A DNA stretch of 64,000 nucleotides from NCBI RefSeq assembly GCF_009914755.1, contig NC_060931.1, one strand, 5' to 3'. The notes under the pieces were generated by a model that worked only from the letters and a program-made list of their open reading frames with translations, was not told the DNA's origin and ran no database searches. Both the position numbers and the translations under genes were made by a program. The first letter of the stretch is position 1, and each line of letters starts with the position of its first letter. Below, piece after piece: positions 42,002 through 55,844 of the stretch. This stretch comes from the human T2T-CHM13v2.0 reference genome, Homo sapiens.

Positions 42002-42510
42002 GATTTACTCAATATTCATGGCTTGCATACTGTAATATATATGTATGTTTATACATAGATACATACTGTGTGCATATACATATATGTGTGTGTGTATTTA
42101 CTGTTACAACCATTCTGATGCCATATCTCATAATATGTTATATGAATATCCTACTTGTTTGAACTTGAACTAGGCTTTCAAAGAGTTATAACTCAAATAT
42201 CAGTGCAGTCGATTTGATTTTTCAACAAGTTGCTTTTGATTAATATCTCAGATGAAAATGACATTTGGAGTCTATTGCATATTTTTAGGTTAAACACTAG
42301 ACACTGTTGCTGTATCGTTGTCATGTTCCTCAACTTGTATTTTAGTATCCAAGGAGTAAAAATTATGTGCCCACACCCACAGTGAGAAAGTTTCAGGTAG
42401 ACAAGTTCATTTTCTTCAATTACTGATGCCACTTTTGTATAGAAGTTGTATTTGTTTTCAGGTTTCTTATTTTACACAATTAGTGACATTATTATTTATG
42501 ATCAGGCATT

Positions 42511-42716
42511 TTACACTTCAGAGTGCATGACATGTTTGAGAGTAATAGGGTTCCCGCTTTGAGGGGATTCTAATTCATCATCCTTTAATTGCCTGCTTGG
42601 AGCAAAGTCAAACCAATTCCCTTCTTGCCTGTCCAAAGCAGCATTCCTTTTGGCCTTGAACACCTGACTCTCACTTCTCTTTATAACAAAACTCATGTCA
42701 ATTTGAGAAACGTTCA
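42511..42716 (-). CDS. Terminal coding exon (phase 1) of an unidentified gene: xNVSQIDMSFVIKRSESQVFKAKRNAALDRQEGNWFDFAPSRQLKDDELESPQSGNPITLKHVMHSEV*
   Basis: Strong acceptor ttttatttcctcaccctctttttatag coincides with the start of a 67-codon frame in non-repeat DNA; other frames close within 6 codons; ends S-E-V; phase fits upstream exons. Confidence 0.7.
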
Positions 42717-43560
42717 CTATAAAAAGAGGGTGAGGAAATAAAACATGTTGAAATGATTTTTATTAATGTCATTGTTAGCACCATTTTCAGGCTTGTGATA
42801 TGTGACAAAATAAGACCTCATAGTGTCCTCAAATATCCTTAAAGCCCTACATGCGGAACTCAAGTTAGAATAGACTTGGGCATGAAATAACGTTCAAGTG
42901 ATGAAAAGCAGAATATAGTATGTAGGAAAATACTTTTTCCACGACAAAATTCTACAAATTTCAACTATGTCACCATTTTTGCTATAGATCAACCATCTTT
43001 AATTTTTATCCTTCAAAAATTTATATCTTTTAATTTGTTTGTTTGTTTTGCTTATAGGATACCTGAAAGAGGACTCTGGTAATTTTAGAGTATTTTGTTT
43101 TATCCAAATACATCTCTTCAAGGAGAGGTGGAGGAATAAAATAAATGAAATGTAAAATATAATCTTATAGAAAAGTAAAAAGTTGCAGAAATCGTATGCA
43201 TGTTCATACTCAACAAAGCTGTTTCTCTTACGCTACTTGTCTTTTATTTTCTCTCCTCCTACTTCCTTCCTTATCCTGTGACTATGTTCCTGCTTAAATA
43301 ACGAGGGTCCATATTAACTTTTCATGGTTCTTAGGAGCCCCCAATCTCATAACATGTCAGTTAGGAGAGCATCTCTACAATTATAACGATCTCCACTCCA
43401 GTGCTCCAAATGTTCTTTTACAAATGTAATATTTTACGACACGGTGCAAAACCCTTTCTCAGCTTTTTGCCTTGTTGAATTTGTTAAGTTGATTCAGGTT
43501 GGAATACTTTTTACTATTGTAGAAATATATCATGATGTGTTATTTTTATATTACGTATAT

Positions 43561-43673
43561 TAATTTTTGTGGGTACATAGTACATGCATATAAAATCAAC
43601 AAAGTGAAGAGACAATTCACAGAATGGGAGAAAATATTTGCAAACTACCCACCTGACAAGGGATTAATAACCA
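43561..43673. mobile_element. Tiny L1MA remnant (antisense 3' tip plus sense ORF2 piece)
   Basis: taatttttgtgggtacatagta then caacaaagtgaagagacaa...gaatgggagaaaatatttgcaaactac. Confidence 0.7.
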
Positions 43674-44064
43674 AATTAGACTTTTCAGCTATAACATCTA
43701 GATTTTTGCATTTCATAAGGAGTAAGCTGGGTACTAATGAAATTCATTTATTAAAGATCGACAGACTATTATATATTTCTAAAGTTATTATGTTGGGAAT
43801 AGCTACCTGAATGTTCCTGAAATCATCTGACATAGATAGTCATGTGTCAAGTATATACAGATGTTGGCACTTATTTGAAGTTCCCTCCAGAAGCTCTGGC
43901 ATAGTGTTGCTGTGAAATGTATGGCAATATAAAGAGTAATGCAAAAGATGAACACTCAGAATGCTAAAGAGTCAGTTCTGGCAAACCAGGTTGTCTGCTT
44001 CTATACATTCACCCAACCTGTTCTCCAAAGTATTTGCTGAGAACAAGGCTGGCTTATAAAAAAC

Positions 44065-44265
44065 AAATTTGGCAAACCGCAGTCGATGGGCCAAATCTGG
44101 CTTGGGGCTTATGTTTGTAAAGTCTGAAAGATAAAAGATTTTTTTTTTTTACACTTGTGAAAGGTAGTAAGAAAGAATATAATACAGATAGTGTAAGTGG
44201 CTCAAGAGATTAAACTATTTACTTCCTGGCTCTTTTTTTACAGAAAATTTTTGCCATGCCTTGCC
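44065..44265. mobile_element. MER58-like hAT MITE
   Basis: ggcaaac...gggccaaatctggc ... atttacttcctggctctttttttacagaaaatttttgcc. Confidence 0.65.
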
Positions 44266-44459
44266 TTGTAAAATGAAGGGATCCAAAACCAAAACCTAAA
44301 TCAACAGCAATAGATGGAAAACTGATCTATTACATCAGACCACATCAGATTTTTAATTACACAGAAGACATTTAAACATGAAATGTCTTCCTCTTTGATG
44401 CTACATAACCAACAAGCATTAATCTACTATTATAAACCAACAAATACAAACACACTTAC

Positions 44460-44533
44460 CACTGAAAAAAGCATATTATTTCTTGTTTTGTGCTCAAATA
44501 TAAAACATATTGGTTAGCATGTCCTCCTGTTAC
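44460..44533 (-). other. Candidate 74-nt cassette exon (phase 1 reading gives GNRRTC*)
   Basis: Acceptor tctcttgttttattaacaatag, donor GTG|gtaagt. Confidence 0.4.
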
Positions 44534-44889
44534 CTATTGTTAATAAAACAAGAGACCCAACATTCTTCATGTTCACCAGAGTTTCCTTTATGCCAAATGT
44601 ATACAGGTGAGTCATGCGTTTATTTCTTAATAAATCAACGCATGTTTTAAACAAGCTTTAAATGTTTGACAAACATTCAAAGAATGATAAAGGAATGATA
44701 AATCCTTTGCTACTCAGAATAATTTTGTTGATATACCTTATAAGCTTATATTTTAATATACAGGTAGATCATACTTAATAACAGAATGTCAGAATAATTT
44801 TGGTAGTGGTGCTATGAAAGAGGGACAAGTTAGAGATGCCAGTAAATCAGATAGATTGACAAAGTAACATTTAAATTAAAGTCAAAGAT

Positions 44890-45097
44890 TAATTAGTAAA
44901 CACTATGTCCATAAAATAGACCACTTTATAGACGTCTACTATATAGACTTGTTTTGCAGGACATAAGACCTCTATCATTACCACACAACTTAACCTTGTG
45001 TAAATAAATGGATGTTGCTGGGTTATAATAAATCTTTATTTACAAAGACAGGCAGCATACTGAATTTGGCTCCAGGAATGTAATATGCCAAATCCTG
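44890..45097. mobile_element. MER58A-like MITE
   Basis: taaataaatggatgttgctgggttataataaatctttatttacaaagacaggcagc...aatttggc. Confidence 0.65.
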
Positions 45098-45174
45098 ATA
45101 TGGATTACAGCCTGGATCTTCCTAATTTCTAAGTTTCTGTAACTGTAGATTATAGAAAGTAATTAGGAAAATGA

Positions 45175-45503
<329 letters not shown>

Positions 45504-45609
45504 TAATACACTATTTTCTTAGTTATCAAATGAAAATAAATTACCCCTATAATATCCCCCACATACACATGTAATTTTTAATTTATGAAATTAAATTCAT
45601 TCTGCTTAC

Positions 45610-45652
45610 GCCTTATTTTATGATAATGGATTGGTACCATCCATTCAGGAAT
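45610..45652 (-). CDS. Candidate 43-nt exon (phase 1: DS*; phase 0: IPEWMVPIHYHKIR)
   Basis: Strong acceptor atgtcttttctttcag, donor GGC|gtaagc. Confidence 0.55.
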
Positions 45653-45946
45653 CTGAAAGAAAAGACATGACATAAACATTCTGAGCAACAGAACAGAAGA
45701 ATACTTTTTTTTTTTTTTTTTTTTTAGTTGTCTTCCTTTAAGGGAAAGAGGTGCTGCTATATTCATTGTTGACTTTGGAAGGGAAATTGATAAAAAGACT
45801 CATGGAAATCAATGTTATCATAAAAGCAGGTGCTGTGAGAAGGGAAAGTTGATTCAGTCATACCATTAGCAAAGCTTTCTTTTTTTGTAGTAACACGTCT
45901 TATTAGATGGACTGGTGGTCTCAACAGACAGCAAGGATTCAAATAC

Positions 45947-46006
45947 CAAACTTGGCAGAAGTTACATGCTTTCTGTTTCTCTTGCCTTCCTGATGAACAG
46001 CATTGC
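45947..46006 (-). CDS. Candidate 60-nt coding exon, phase 1-1: xNAVHQEGKRNRKHVTSAKF
   Basis: Acceptor tatgatttttttag, donor TTG|gtattt; splices in frame to the 42716 terminal exon; alternative donor CAA|gtttgg gives a 55-nt form. Confidence 0.55.
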
Positions 46007-46339
46007 CTAAAAAAATCATAATACAATTAGGTACTTTGTCATTATTTACCTGTTTTATTTTGAAGATGTGAAGATATATATCCTCAAACATACTTTATTT
46101 TATTTTGTTTTCCCCAGGATACATTCCCAAATCAGATTAAAAATGCATTACATGGTATAAAATCAAATGGGTCCAATAAGAGATCCAACTCTTTATTCTG
46201 ATTTCTATTTTTTATTTAATTGTATTTAGAATTTTTGAGGAAATTACCCTGTTGAAACTACAAACTACCTTATATTTGTCTTGTTCATATGTTCATCGGA
46301 TAGAAAGGTGGGTTTATTTATAGGAAGTTGGTATTTATT

Positions 46340-47000
46340 GATACGAACTCTGTAATTTTCTAGTTCCATGACCTTGAAGAACCTTAATTTCTCATCTGAA
46401 AAGTATAAATAATTGGGCAACCTATTTTAGAGAGAGAATTGTGATGTCTGTTAAATTAAATAAGTAATTACTAAAGTACTTTGTACTCTGTCCCTGCCAT
46501 TTCACACCTGGAAATAACAATTGTCCTCTAACTAGTTTTGTTTTTACTGTTGTTCCCCATTCAGTCTAGTATCTGAATAGCAAAGAAATTCATTTTTTAA
46601 AATGTAGATCAAACTATGTATTCCTCTGCTCAGCACCTTCTACTGGCTTGCAATCACATTAAAATAAAATCTGAAGTTCTTACTATTACTTGCCAGCCTA
46701 TTCATGAACTAATTCTTTTCCAAATTTTTCTCCACTCTTCGCCTTTGATCATTCTTTTTGTTTCCTAAAACACAACAAACTTTAGCCAACTTCACGGCCT
46801 TTGCTCTTTTCTTAGTCTTTCTCTTGACCCTCTCGAATCTTTCTGGCTTCTGTTCAAATGCCACTTTATCAATAGAAGCTTTCCCTAAATATTCTGTCCA
46901 AAATAGCTGAAAATAGCTGTGCATGCTTTGGTCCCTTTCTCTTCTCTACATGCTCTTCTCATATCATTTCCCTCCTCTCCAGCCACAGTAACCTTCTTTT
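46340..47000 (+). mobile_element. MIR followed by L2 3' region
   Basis: tttctcatctgaaaagtat (MIR); ttcctctgctcagcaccttctactggctt...ctgttcaaatgccactttatcaatagaagctttcc (L2). Confidence 0.7.
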
Positions 47001-47099
47001 AGTCCTTTTCATACTTGCTTTCAACCATGGGGTGACATGAGGTCAGTCTGAATTTTAACAGATGATAGGAGGTAGGGACCTTGTTTAAAATATGATATC

Positions 47100-47700
47100 T
47101 AGATACTAAAGAAACATTTTTGAAAAAAAATGCCTGGCTCCACTGAGTTACCAAAATAACATTGTCAATGATAATGTGACTAATGTGACTATATATGTTT
47201 AGTTTGATTTTTAGACATTTATTTTGTTCCTTTGATTTACTTATTTGTCTTTTGTCATTACCACACTCTTGCAATTACTGCTACCATACATGAAGAGCCA
47301 GCAAACTTTTTATGTAAAGGGCCACACAATAAATATTTTATGTTTTGTGAGCCACATATGATCTGTTTCATATTCTCCTTTGTTTTTATAATTATTTAAA
47401 ATGTAAAACCATTGTTAGCTCTTAAGCTGTACAAAAAGAAATCACAGTAGGATTTAGATAACAGGCTATAGATTTTGGACTTCTGATCTATATTTATAAT
47501 TAAAATCAAGTAACATAAGTTCTCTGTGCTCTCATTTAAAATCTGTTTACCTATTTTAAGCACTTTATTTTATATATAAGTTTTAGTATTAGTTTAGCAG
47601 GACCAAAATTCTCTTGGAATTTTGATTGCAATTGTGTTAAACTTATAGATTAATTTTAGGATGATTGATATCTGTATTGCTTCAATTCATATAATTAAAT
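47100..47700 (-). mobile_element. Old L1M antisense fragment with a MER58-type insert (~47295-47485)
   Basis: ttggaattttgattgcaattgtgttaaacttatagattaattt; cagcaaactttttatgtaaagggccac. Confidence 0.7.
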
Positions 47701-48104
47701 GGTTATACCAATTAACTTTATGACTGCAAGTGACAACAAAATTTAGTATTCCAGCTCCTAAGACAGCCCACTGAGGTAATTTGCTCATTTGATAATGTAA
47801 TAGTTCAGTTTTTTATTTGTTTATTGGTGTGGAGATTAATATGTGATTCCATAACACTGTAAGGTGAAAACTGTGAAATTCATCCAATTCCTATCATCAG
47901 TTGGAAGTGGCAAAGAGTCTTACTCAGATCACTTTTACAAAGAAATTGAACAAAAGCATCAATAAACTGTGGTTATGATCCACAGCTTTTTGACCTAGAA
48001 ATAACCAATCTTCTGTAACAACAAATTCAGGAACTTGTTGGCTAATTCTTAACCATAAAATAATTGGATTACAGCAAAGTCAAATCATTCATTTAAATCT
48101 AAGT

Positions 48105-51100
48105 GATAAAAAACCAGCTAAATAACTCTGACATCTCAAAAATCCAGAGTTTCTTCTTATATCCAAGTCACTGCACTAGTTTCCCAGCAATAGTTTGGAA
48201 CCAGGCTAAAATGGCTGAAATGATAGAAATAGGATTCAGAATATTGATACAAAATGAAGAACATCAAGCTTCAGGAAAAAGTTGAAACCCAATCCAAGAA
48301 TTCTAAGGTATACAGTAAAATAATACAGAAGTTAAAAGAAAAAAATTTCCGTTTTAGGTAAGAACCAAACTGACCTTATAGAAGTGAAAAACTCACTTCA
48401 AGAATTTCAGAGTACAATCACAAATATTAACAGCAGGATTGAACAAACTGAAGAAAGCATCTCAGAGCTCAAAGAAAGGGTCTCCAAAATAACTCAGTCT
48501 AGCAAAAATAAAGAAAAAATTTAAAGAAGATTGAACAAAACCTCCAAGAAATATAGGATTGTGTAAAGGGACTAAATCTATGACACATTGTCATCCCTGA
48601 AAGAGAGAGAGAGAAAGCAAGCAACTTTGAAAACATATTTCAGTTTATCATCCATGAAAATTTATCTTGAGTGACCAACATTCAAATTCAGGAAATGCAA
48701 AAAAAAAAAAAAACCCTGTGAAACACTAACAAGAAGATCATCCCCAAGACACATAGTTGTCAGAATCTCCAATGTCAAAATGAAAGAAAAAAATGTTAAA
48801 GGCAGTTAGGGAGGAGAGGCAGGTTACCTACAAAGGGAAGTATAACAGGCTGATAGCAAATCTTCCAGTAGAAACCCAGAAACCAGAAGAGATAGGGGGC
48901 TTACATTCAGCATTATAAAAGAAAATACTTTCCATCCAAAAATTTCATATCCAGTCAAACTAAGCTTCATAAACAAAGGAGAAATAAAATTCTTTTCAGA
49001 ATACCAAATGCTAAAGGAACTTTTTACCACCAGAACTACTTTATAAAAAGTCCTGAAGAGAGTGCGATATATGGAAAGGAACGACTGTTGCTGGCTAGTA
49101 CAAAAACACACTTAAGTACATAGAATGGAGACACCATAAAGCACCCACGCAAACTAGTCAGAATAATAAACAGCTCACAACATAATGACAGGATAAAATC
49201 TGCACATATCAATACAAATCTTGAATGTAAATGAGGTAAATGCCATAGTTAAAAGGCACAGAGTAGCAAGCTGGATAAAGAAGCAAGAATCAATTGTATG
49301 CTATCTTCAAGAGACCCATGTCACATGCAATGACACCCATAGGCTCAAAGTAAGAAGGTGGAGAAAAATTTACCAAGTAAGCAGAAAACAATGGAAAGCA
49401 GGATTTGGTATTAATTTTATACAAAATAGACTTTAAAACAACAAAGATCAAAACAAAGAAGGACATTCAATAGTTGGAAAAGCCTCAATTCAACAAGAAG
49501 ACCTAACTATCCTAAGTATATATGCACTCAACACAGGAGTACCCAGATTCATGAAGTCCTTAGAGACTTATGATGAGACTTAGATAAGCACAGAATAATA
49601 ATGATAGAATTCAACACACTGACAGAATTATACAGATTATCAAGACAGAAAAACAGCAGATATTTGGGACCTAAACTCAACAGTTGAACAAATGGATGCA
49701 ATAGACAACTACAGAACTCTACACCCAAAAAAAATCAGAATATATATTCTTTGCATGTGCACATGACACATACTCTAAAATTGACCACACAATCGGGCAT
49801 AAAATGATCCTCATCAAATTACAAAAAAAAACCTGAAATCATACCAACCACTCTCTCAGACCACAGTGCAGTAAAAACACAAATCAGTGCTAAGAAAATT
49901 GCTCAAAACCATAAAATTATATGGAAATGAAACGACCTGCTCCTGAATAACATCTGGATAAATAATTACATTAAAGCAGAAATCTAGAAATTTTTTGAAA
50001 CTAATGAGAACAAAGACACAACATACCATAATCTCTGGGACACAGCTAAATAAGTGTTAAGAGGAAAGTTTACAGCACTAAATGCCTACAACAAAAAGTT
50101 GGAAAGATCATATATTAACAACCTAACATTACAACAAGAAACTAGAGAAACAAAAGCAAACCAATCCCAAAGCTAGCAGAAGGTAAGAAATCACTAAAAT
50201 TAGAGCTAAACAGAAGTAATTGAGAAACAAAAAACATACAAAAGATAAAAAATTGATCAAAGATAGAAAAGCACACAAAAGATCAACCAATCCAGCAATT
50301 GGCTTATTGAAAGACTCAATAAGATAAGTTGACTGCTAGCTAGACTAATAAAGAAGAAAGAGAGAAGAACCAAATAAACACAGTTAGAAATGATAAAAGG
50401 GATATTATCACTGATGCCACAGAAATACAAAAAACCCTCAAAGAGAATGTCAAACTATTCATTTTTGTAGATGATATAATTCTTTTTTTATATTACTTTA
50501 AGTTCTTGGGTACATGTGCAGAATGTACAGGCTTGTTACATAGGTATACATGTGCCATGGTGGTTTGCTACACCCATCAACCCATCATCTACATTAGGTA
50601 TTTCTCCTAATGCTATCCCTCCCCTAGCCCCCCGCCCCCAGACAGGCCCCAGTGTGTGATGTTCCCCACTCTGTGTCCATGTATTCTCATTGTTCAATTC
50701 CCACGTATGAGTAATTCTATACCTCAAAAACCCAATAATCTGTATCCAGAAACTCCTTGATCTCATAAACAACTTTAGCGAAATTTCAGTATACACAATC
50801 CATGTTCAAAAATCAGTAGCATTCCTATACACCAACAACATCTAAGCTGAGAGCAAAATCACAAACAAAATCCTATTCACAGTAGCCAAAAATATAACAT
50901 ACCTAGGAATACAGTTAACCTAGGAGGTGAAAGATCTCTACAATAAGAATTACAGAACACTGCTAAAAGAAATCAAAGATGACACAAACAAATGAGAAAA
51001 CATGCCATGCTGATGGATTGGAAGATCAATATTGATAAAATGGCCATGTCGTCCAAAGCAATTTACAGATTCAATGTTATACCTATCAAACTACAAGTGA

Positions 51101-52648
51101 CATTCTTCACAGAATTAGAAAAAATCTATTTTAAAATTTGTGTGAAACTAAAAGGAGCCCACATAGCCAAGGCAATCCTAAGCAAAAAGAATAAACATGG
51201 AAGCATTACATTACCTGACTTCAAACTATACTACAAGGCTATAATAACCAAAACAGCATGGTACTGGTACAAAAACAGACACATAGACCAATAGATAAGA
51301 AAAGAGAGAACATAAGTAATGCAGCACACCTACAGCCATTTGATCTGTGACAAAATTGACACAAACAAGCAATGGGGAAAGGACTCCCTATTCAAAAACA
51401 TGGTCCTGGGATAACTGGCTAGCCATAGGCAGAAGACTGAAACTAAAACCCTTCCTTTTATATATTACACCATATATAAAAATCAATTCAAGATGGATTA
51501 AAGACTTAAGTGTAAAACCTAACAATATAATAACCCTGGAAGATAACCTAAGAACTGCTATCCCAGACATAAGACTGTGCAAAGATTTCATGACAAGATG
51601 CCAAGAGCTGTTGCAACTAAAATAAAAATTGACAAATGGGACCCAATTAAAGTAAAGATATTCGGCTTCACAAAACCATCTATCTTCAGAGTAAACAGAC
51701 AACTTTCAGAATGGGAGAAAATATTTGCAAACTGTGCTTCCAACAAAGGTCTCATGTCCAGAATCTCTAAGGAAGTTAAACAAATTTACAAGCAAAAAAC
51801 AAACAACTTCATTAAAAAGTGGACCAAGGATGTAAACAGACATTTTTCAAAAGAAGACATATACACAGCCAACAAGTATATGAAAAAAATGCTCAACATC
51901 AGTGCTCATTAGAGAAATGGAAATCAAAGCCCCAGTGAAATATTAGCTCACACCAGCTAGAATAGCTATTATTAAAAAGTCAAAAAACAGCAGTTTTTGG
52001 CAAGTTTGTGGAGTAAAGGGAATGCTTATGTACTCCTGGTGGTTATGTAAATTAGTTCCCTCACTGTGGAAAGCAGTTTGGAGAATACTCAAATAACCAG
52101 AATTACTATGCCACCTAGCAACTCATTATTGAGTATGAACTCAGAGGAATATAAATCTTTCTACTGTAAAAACACATGCACATGTATGTTCATGGCAGCA
52201 CTATTCATAATAGCAAATACATGAAATCAACCTAAATGCCCATTCATGGTAGACTGGCAGAAAAAATGTCATAGATATACACCATGGACTACTAAGTATT
52301 TATTAAAAAGAATGAGATTATGTCCTCTGCAGCAATGTGGATGAAGCTGGAGGCCATTATCCTAAGCATACTAACACAAGAAGAGAAAATCGAATATGGT
52401 ATGTTCTCACTTATAAGTGGGAGCTAAATATTGAGTATATATGGACACAAGGAACAGAACAACAGACACTTGAGCCTACTTGAGTGTGGAGGGTGGGAGG
52501 AGGGTGATGATCAATAAGCTACCCATGGGATAATATGCTAATTACCTGGGTGACAAAATAGTCTGTACATCAAATCCCCGTGACATGCAATTTATCTATA
52601 TAATAAACTTGCAGCAGTACCACACAATCTAAAATAAAAGTTAAAAAA
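48105..52648 (+). mobile_element. L1PA15/16-like LINE-1 from ORF1 to 3' end, with an internal ORF2 deletion
   Basis: ORF1 and EN remnants (NVNEVNAIVKRHRVASWIKKQ...LQETH), C-terminal ORF2 ([29 protein letters not shown]), 3'UTR ending aaaataaaagttaaaaaa. Confidence 0.92.
50484..50711 (-). mobile_element. 5'-truncated L1PA7-like 3' end inserted in the older L1
   Basis: ttattactttaagttc...gtacatgtgcagaatg; TSD taattct at 50477 and 50712. Confidence 0.9.
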
Positions 52649-53773
52649 GGAGAAGTTCAAATAATTAGCCCTATTGATTACATTGTTCCCAATAATATAC
52701 TGATCTTACTATAGGATACTAAGGAATTCATAGTTTCAGAAACATATTCTAACTCAGTTATGGCAAAGATTTGAGAGTAACACAGTAGCTAATTAGAAGT
52801 TCTCTTTCACTTTGATGTCAAGTCTTTTCACTATTATATTTGTGTCCCAAATTAATAATAATCATTTGATTTAAAGTATTAAGATAGCTATTGTCATCCA
52901 TGACTTCAATTAGAATCTATGCTTACTTTAATTGTGAAAATAGGGGAAATATCTACCACTTTTATTTTAAAATAATCTTAGATGAATGGGAATTCAAGTA
53001 TTATATAGAGGATATAATTTGAACACTAAAATTCAGGCAGAAAATTTTGACAGGTAATTTCTTTAGCTACCACAGCGATAGATTGCCTTACATAATGAGA
53101 CACATATAATCAGCACATTCATTGTAATCAAAGATGATTCTGGGAAGGTGTCACTATTCAGAGAAATAGGGATATGAGGGTTGCATCAAACCTTGAGTTT
53201 TAGTAGAGATTTCCCTCTTGGGTTTTAAATGCTATTTGCCTTTGTCCCCATTGTTTATATTCCAGAGATCTCTCTAAATGTTTATATGTATATAAAGCTT
53301 TAAGGTAAAGCTAACTGCCACACATTGAACTTTTCTTTCTTCTATGCTTTCAGCAATGATTTGTCAATATGGCCTGTGGATCATTATCCATTATTCATCA
53401 TGAGCAATTTCTGCAGCAATATTTCCCATCATCACTGACTACTCTTAAGTATGATTTATTTTTCTCTTTTCCAAATGTTCCCCTTCCTCTCAAATCTTCT
53501 CTAGTGTATGCTATGGCCAATCACTTTACTATCTCATTTCTGAAGTTTAAGTTAAAAAATCTGATTTATAATTTTATGACTTAGGAAAATAGAACATCCT
53601 TTTGTACATTTTAATTCCTTGCTTCATTTTAGAAAACCAATATATTTGACTCCTTATTAAGAATGATTTACAGTTGATGCAAGCATATAAAAGAAACTAT
53701 GTATTTTGTCTATTGCTAGTCCAAATACTTGTGGTTTATGACATTTCTGTAGACCACTGAACTACATGGTGTT

Positions 53774-55841
53774 TGATATAGTTAGGCTTTGTGTCCCCAC
53801 TCAAATCTCATCTTGAATTGTAATCCCCAGATGTTGAGGGAGGGACCTGATAGGCGGTGATTAGATCATAGGGATGGTTTCCTCCAAGCTGTTTCTCCTG
53901 ATAGTGAGTTCTCATGAGATCTGATGGTTTTGTAAGTGTTTGGTAGTTTCTCTCTTGCTCTCTTCTTCTCTCTTCTGTCACCCTGTGAAGAGGTGACTTC
54001 TGCCATGATTGTAAGTTTCCTGAGGCCTCCCAGACCTGCAGAACTGTGAGTCAATTAAAGTTTTTTCTCTTTTTTCTTTTTTTTTTGGGGGGGGTTTATA
54101 AATTACCCAGTCTCAGGGAGTTCTTTACAGCAGTGTGAAATCAAACTCTTATGTTGATGCAAAAGTAATTGCAGTTTTTGTCATTAAAAGTAACAGCAAA
54201 GTAATTAAAAGTATGGCAAAAACTGCAATTACTATTGCAACAACCTCATAATACAGGAAATTGATACCAAGAGTGAGGTATTGCTATAAAGAAATGTAAA
54301 AATATGGAAGCAACTTTGGATCTGGGTAATGGGCAGAGGGTGGAACAGTTTGGAGGGCTCAAAAGAAGACAGGAAGATGTGAGAAAGTTTGGGACTTCCT
54401 AGAAACTTGTTGAATGGTTGTGACCAAAATGCTGATAGTAATATGGCCAATGAAGTCCAGGCTGAGGGGGTTGCAGATGGATACGAGGAACTCCTTGAGA
54501 ACCGGAGCAAAGGTCAGTCTTGCTCTGCTTTAGAAAAGAGACTACTGGCGTTTTGCCCCTGCCCTAGAGATCTGTGGAACTTTGAACTTGAGAGATGATC
54601 TGAAATTGGAACTTACGTTTAAAAGGAAAGTAGAGCATAAAAGTTTGAAAAATGTGCAGCCTGATGATGTGGTAGAAAAGAAAAACTCATTTTCTGGAGA
54701 GAAATTTAAGCATGCTGCAAACATTTTCATAAGTAATGAGGAGCATAATGTCACTTGTCAAGACAACAATAGGGAAAATGTGTCTAGGGCATGTCAGAGA
54801 TCTTGATAGCAGCCCTTCCCATCACATGCCCAGAGGGCTAGAATGGAAAAATGGTTTTACGGGCTGAGTCCAGGACCGCTCTATACTGTGCAGCCTTGGG
54901 ATTTAATGCCCTGTATCCCAGCTGCTCTAGTTCCAGCAGTGGTTAAAAGGGGCCAAAGTACAGCTCAGACTGTTGCTTCAGAAGGTCCAAGCCCCAGCCC
55001 TGTGGCAGCTTACATGTGGTACTGGGCATGCAGATACACCGAAAACAATTGAGATTTAGGAGGAAGGGAAATGTGGGTTCAGAGCCCCCACAAAGAGTCT
55101 CCACGGGGACATTGCCTAGTGGAGCTATGAGAAGAGAGTCACTGTCCTTCAGACCCAGAATGGTAGATCCACACACTGACAGCTTGCATGGTGCACCTGG
55201 AAAAGTCACAGGCACTCAATGCTAGCCCATGGAAGCAGCCAGGAGAGGAGCTGTACCCTGCAAAGCCACAGGGGTGGGGCTGCACAAGACCATGGAGAGC
55301 TCACCTCTTGCATCAGTGTGACCTGGAAGTGAGACTTAGAGTCAAAAGAGATTATTTATCAGCTTTAAGATGTAATGACTGTCCCTACTGGATTTCAGAC
55401 ATGCATGGGACCTGTAGCCCCTTTGTTTTTGCCAATTTATCTTATTTGGAATGGAAATATTTACCCAATGCCTGTACCCCCATTGTATCTCGGAAGTAAC
55501 TAACTTGATTTTTTAATACTATCTTGCTTTGGATTTTACAGGCTCATAGACAGAAGTGACTTGCCTTGTCTCAGATGAGACATTGGACTGTGGACTTTTG
55601 AGTTAATGCTGAAGTGAGCTAAGACTTTGGGGGACTGGTGGGAAGGCACAATTGGTTTTGAAATACTAAAATACATGAGATTTTGGAGGGACCAGGGGCA
55701 GAATCATATGGTTAGGCTTTGTGTCCCCACCCAAATCTCATCTTGAATTGTAATCCCCAGATGTTGAAGGAGAGACCTTATGGGAGGGGATTGAATTATG
55801 GGGGCAGTTTCCCTTGTGTTGTTCTCGTGATAGTGAGTTCT
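53774..55841 (+). mobile_element. THE1D-like provirus: 5' LTR 53774-54255, internal 54256-55703, truncated 3' LTR 55704-55841
   Basis: Both LTRs share gttaggctttgtgtcccc and tgtaatccccagatgttga; THE1-int motifs; PPT ggagggaccaggggcagaa. Confidence 0.9.
54149..54248. mobile_element. MADE1 (Hsmar1-derived MITE) with expanded centre
   Basis: Inverted arms gttgatgcaaaagtaattgcagtttttgtcat / atggcaaaaactgcaattactattgcaacaac; inserted at the TA of the LTR terminus. Confidence 0.9.
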
Positions 55842-55844
55842 TTT

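Noticed and set aside
42193-42432. 79-aa minus-strand ORF
   Set aside because: Non-ATG start, no acceptor seen, lies in the predicted 3'UTR
45763-46026. 87-aa ORF as a single-exon gene
   Set aside because: Only the 55-60 nt between splice sites looks exonic; the rest is intronic read-through
46007-46055. Minus-strand donor CAG|gtaaat just upstream of exon A
   Set aside because: It would imply an intron of about 43 nt, too short for a human intron
48103-51912. L1 ORF1/ORF2 peptides as an active LINE
   Set aside because: Many stops, about 1 kb of the RT region deleted, and a nested insertion
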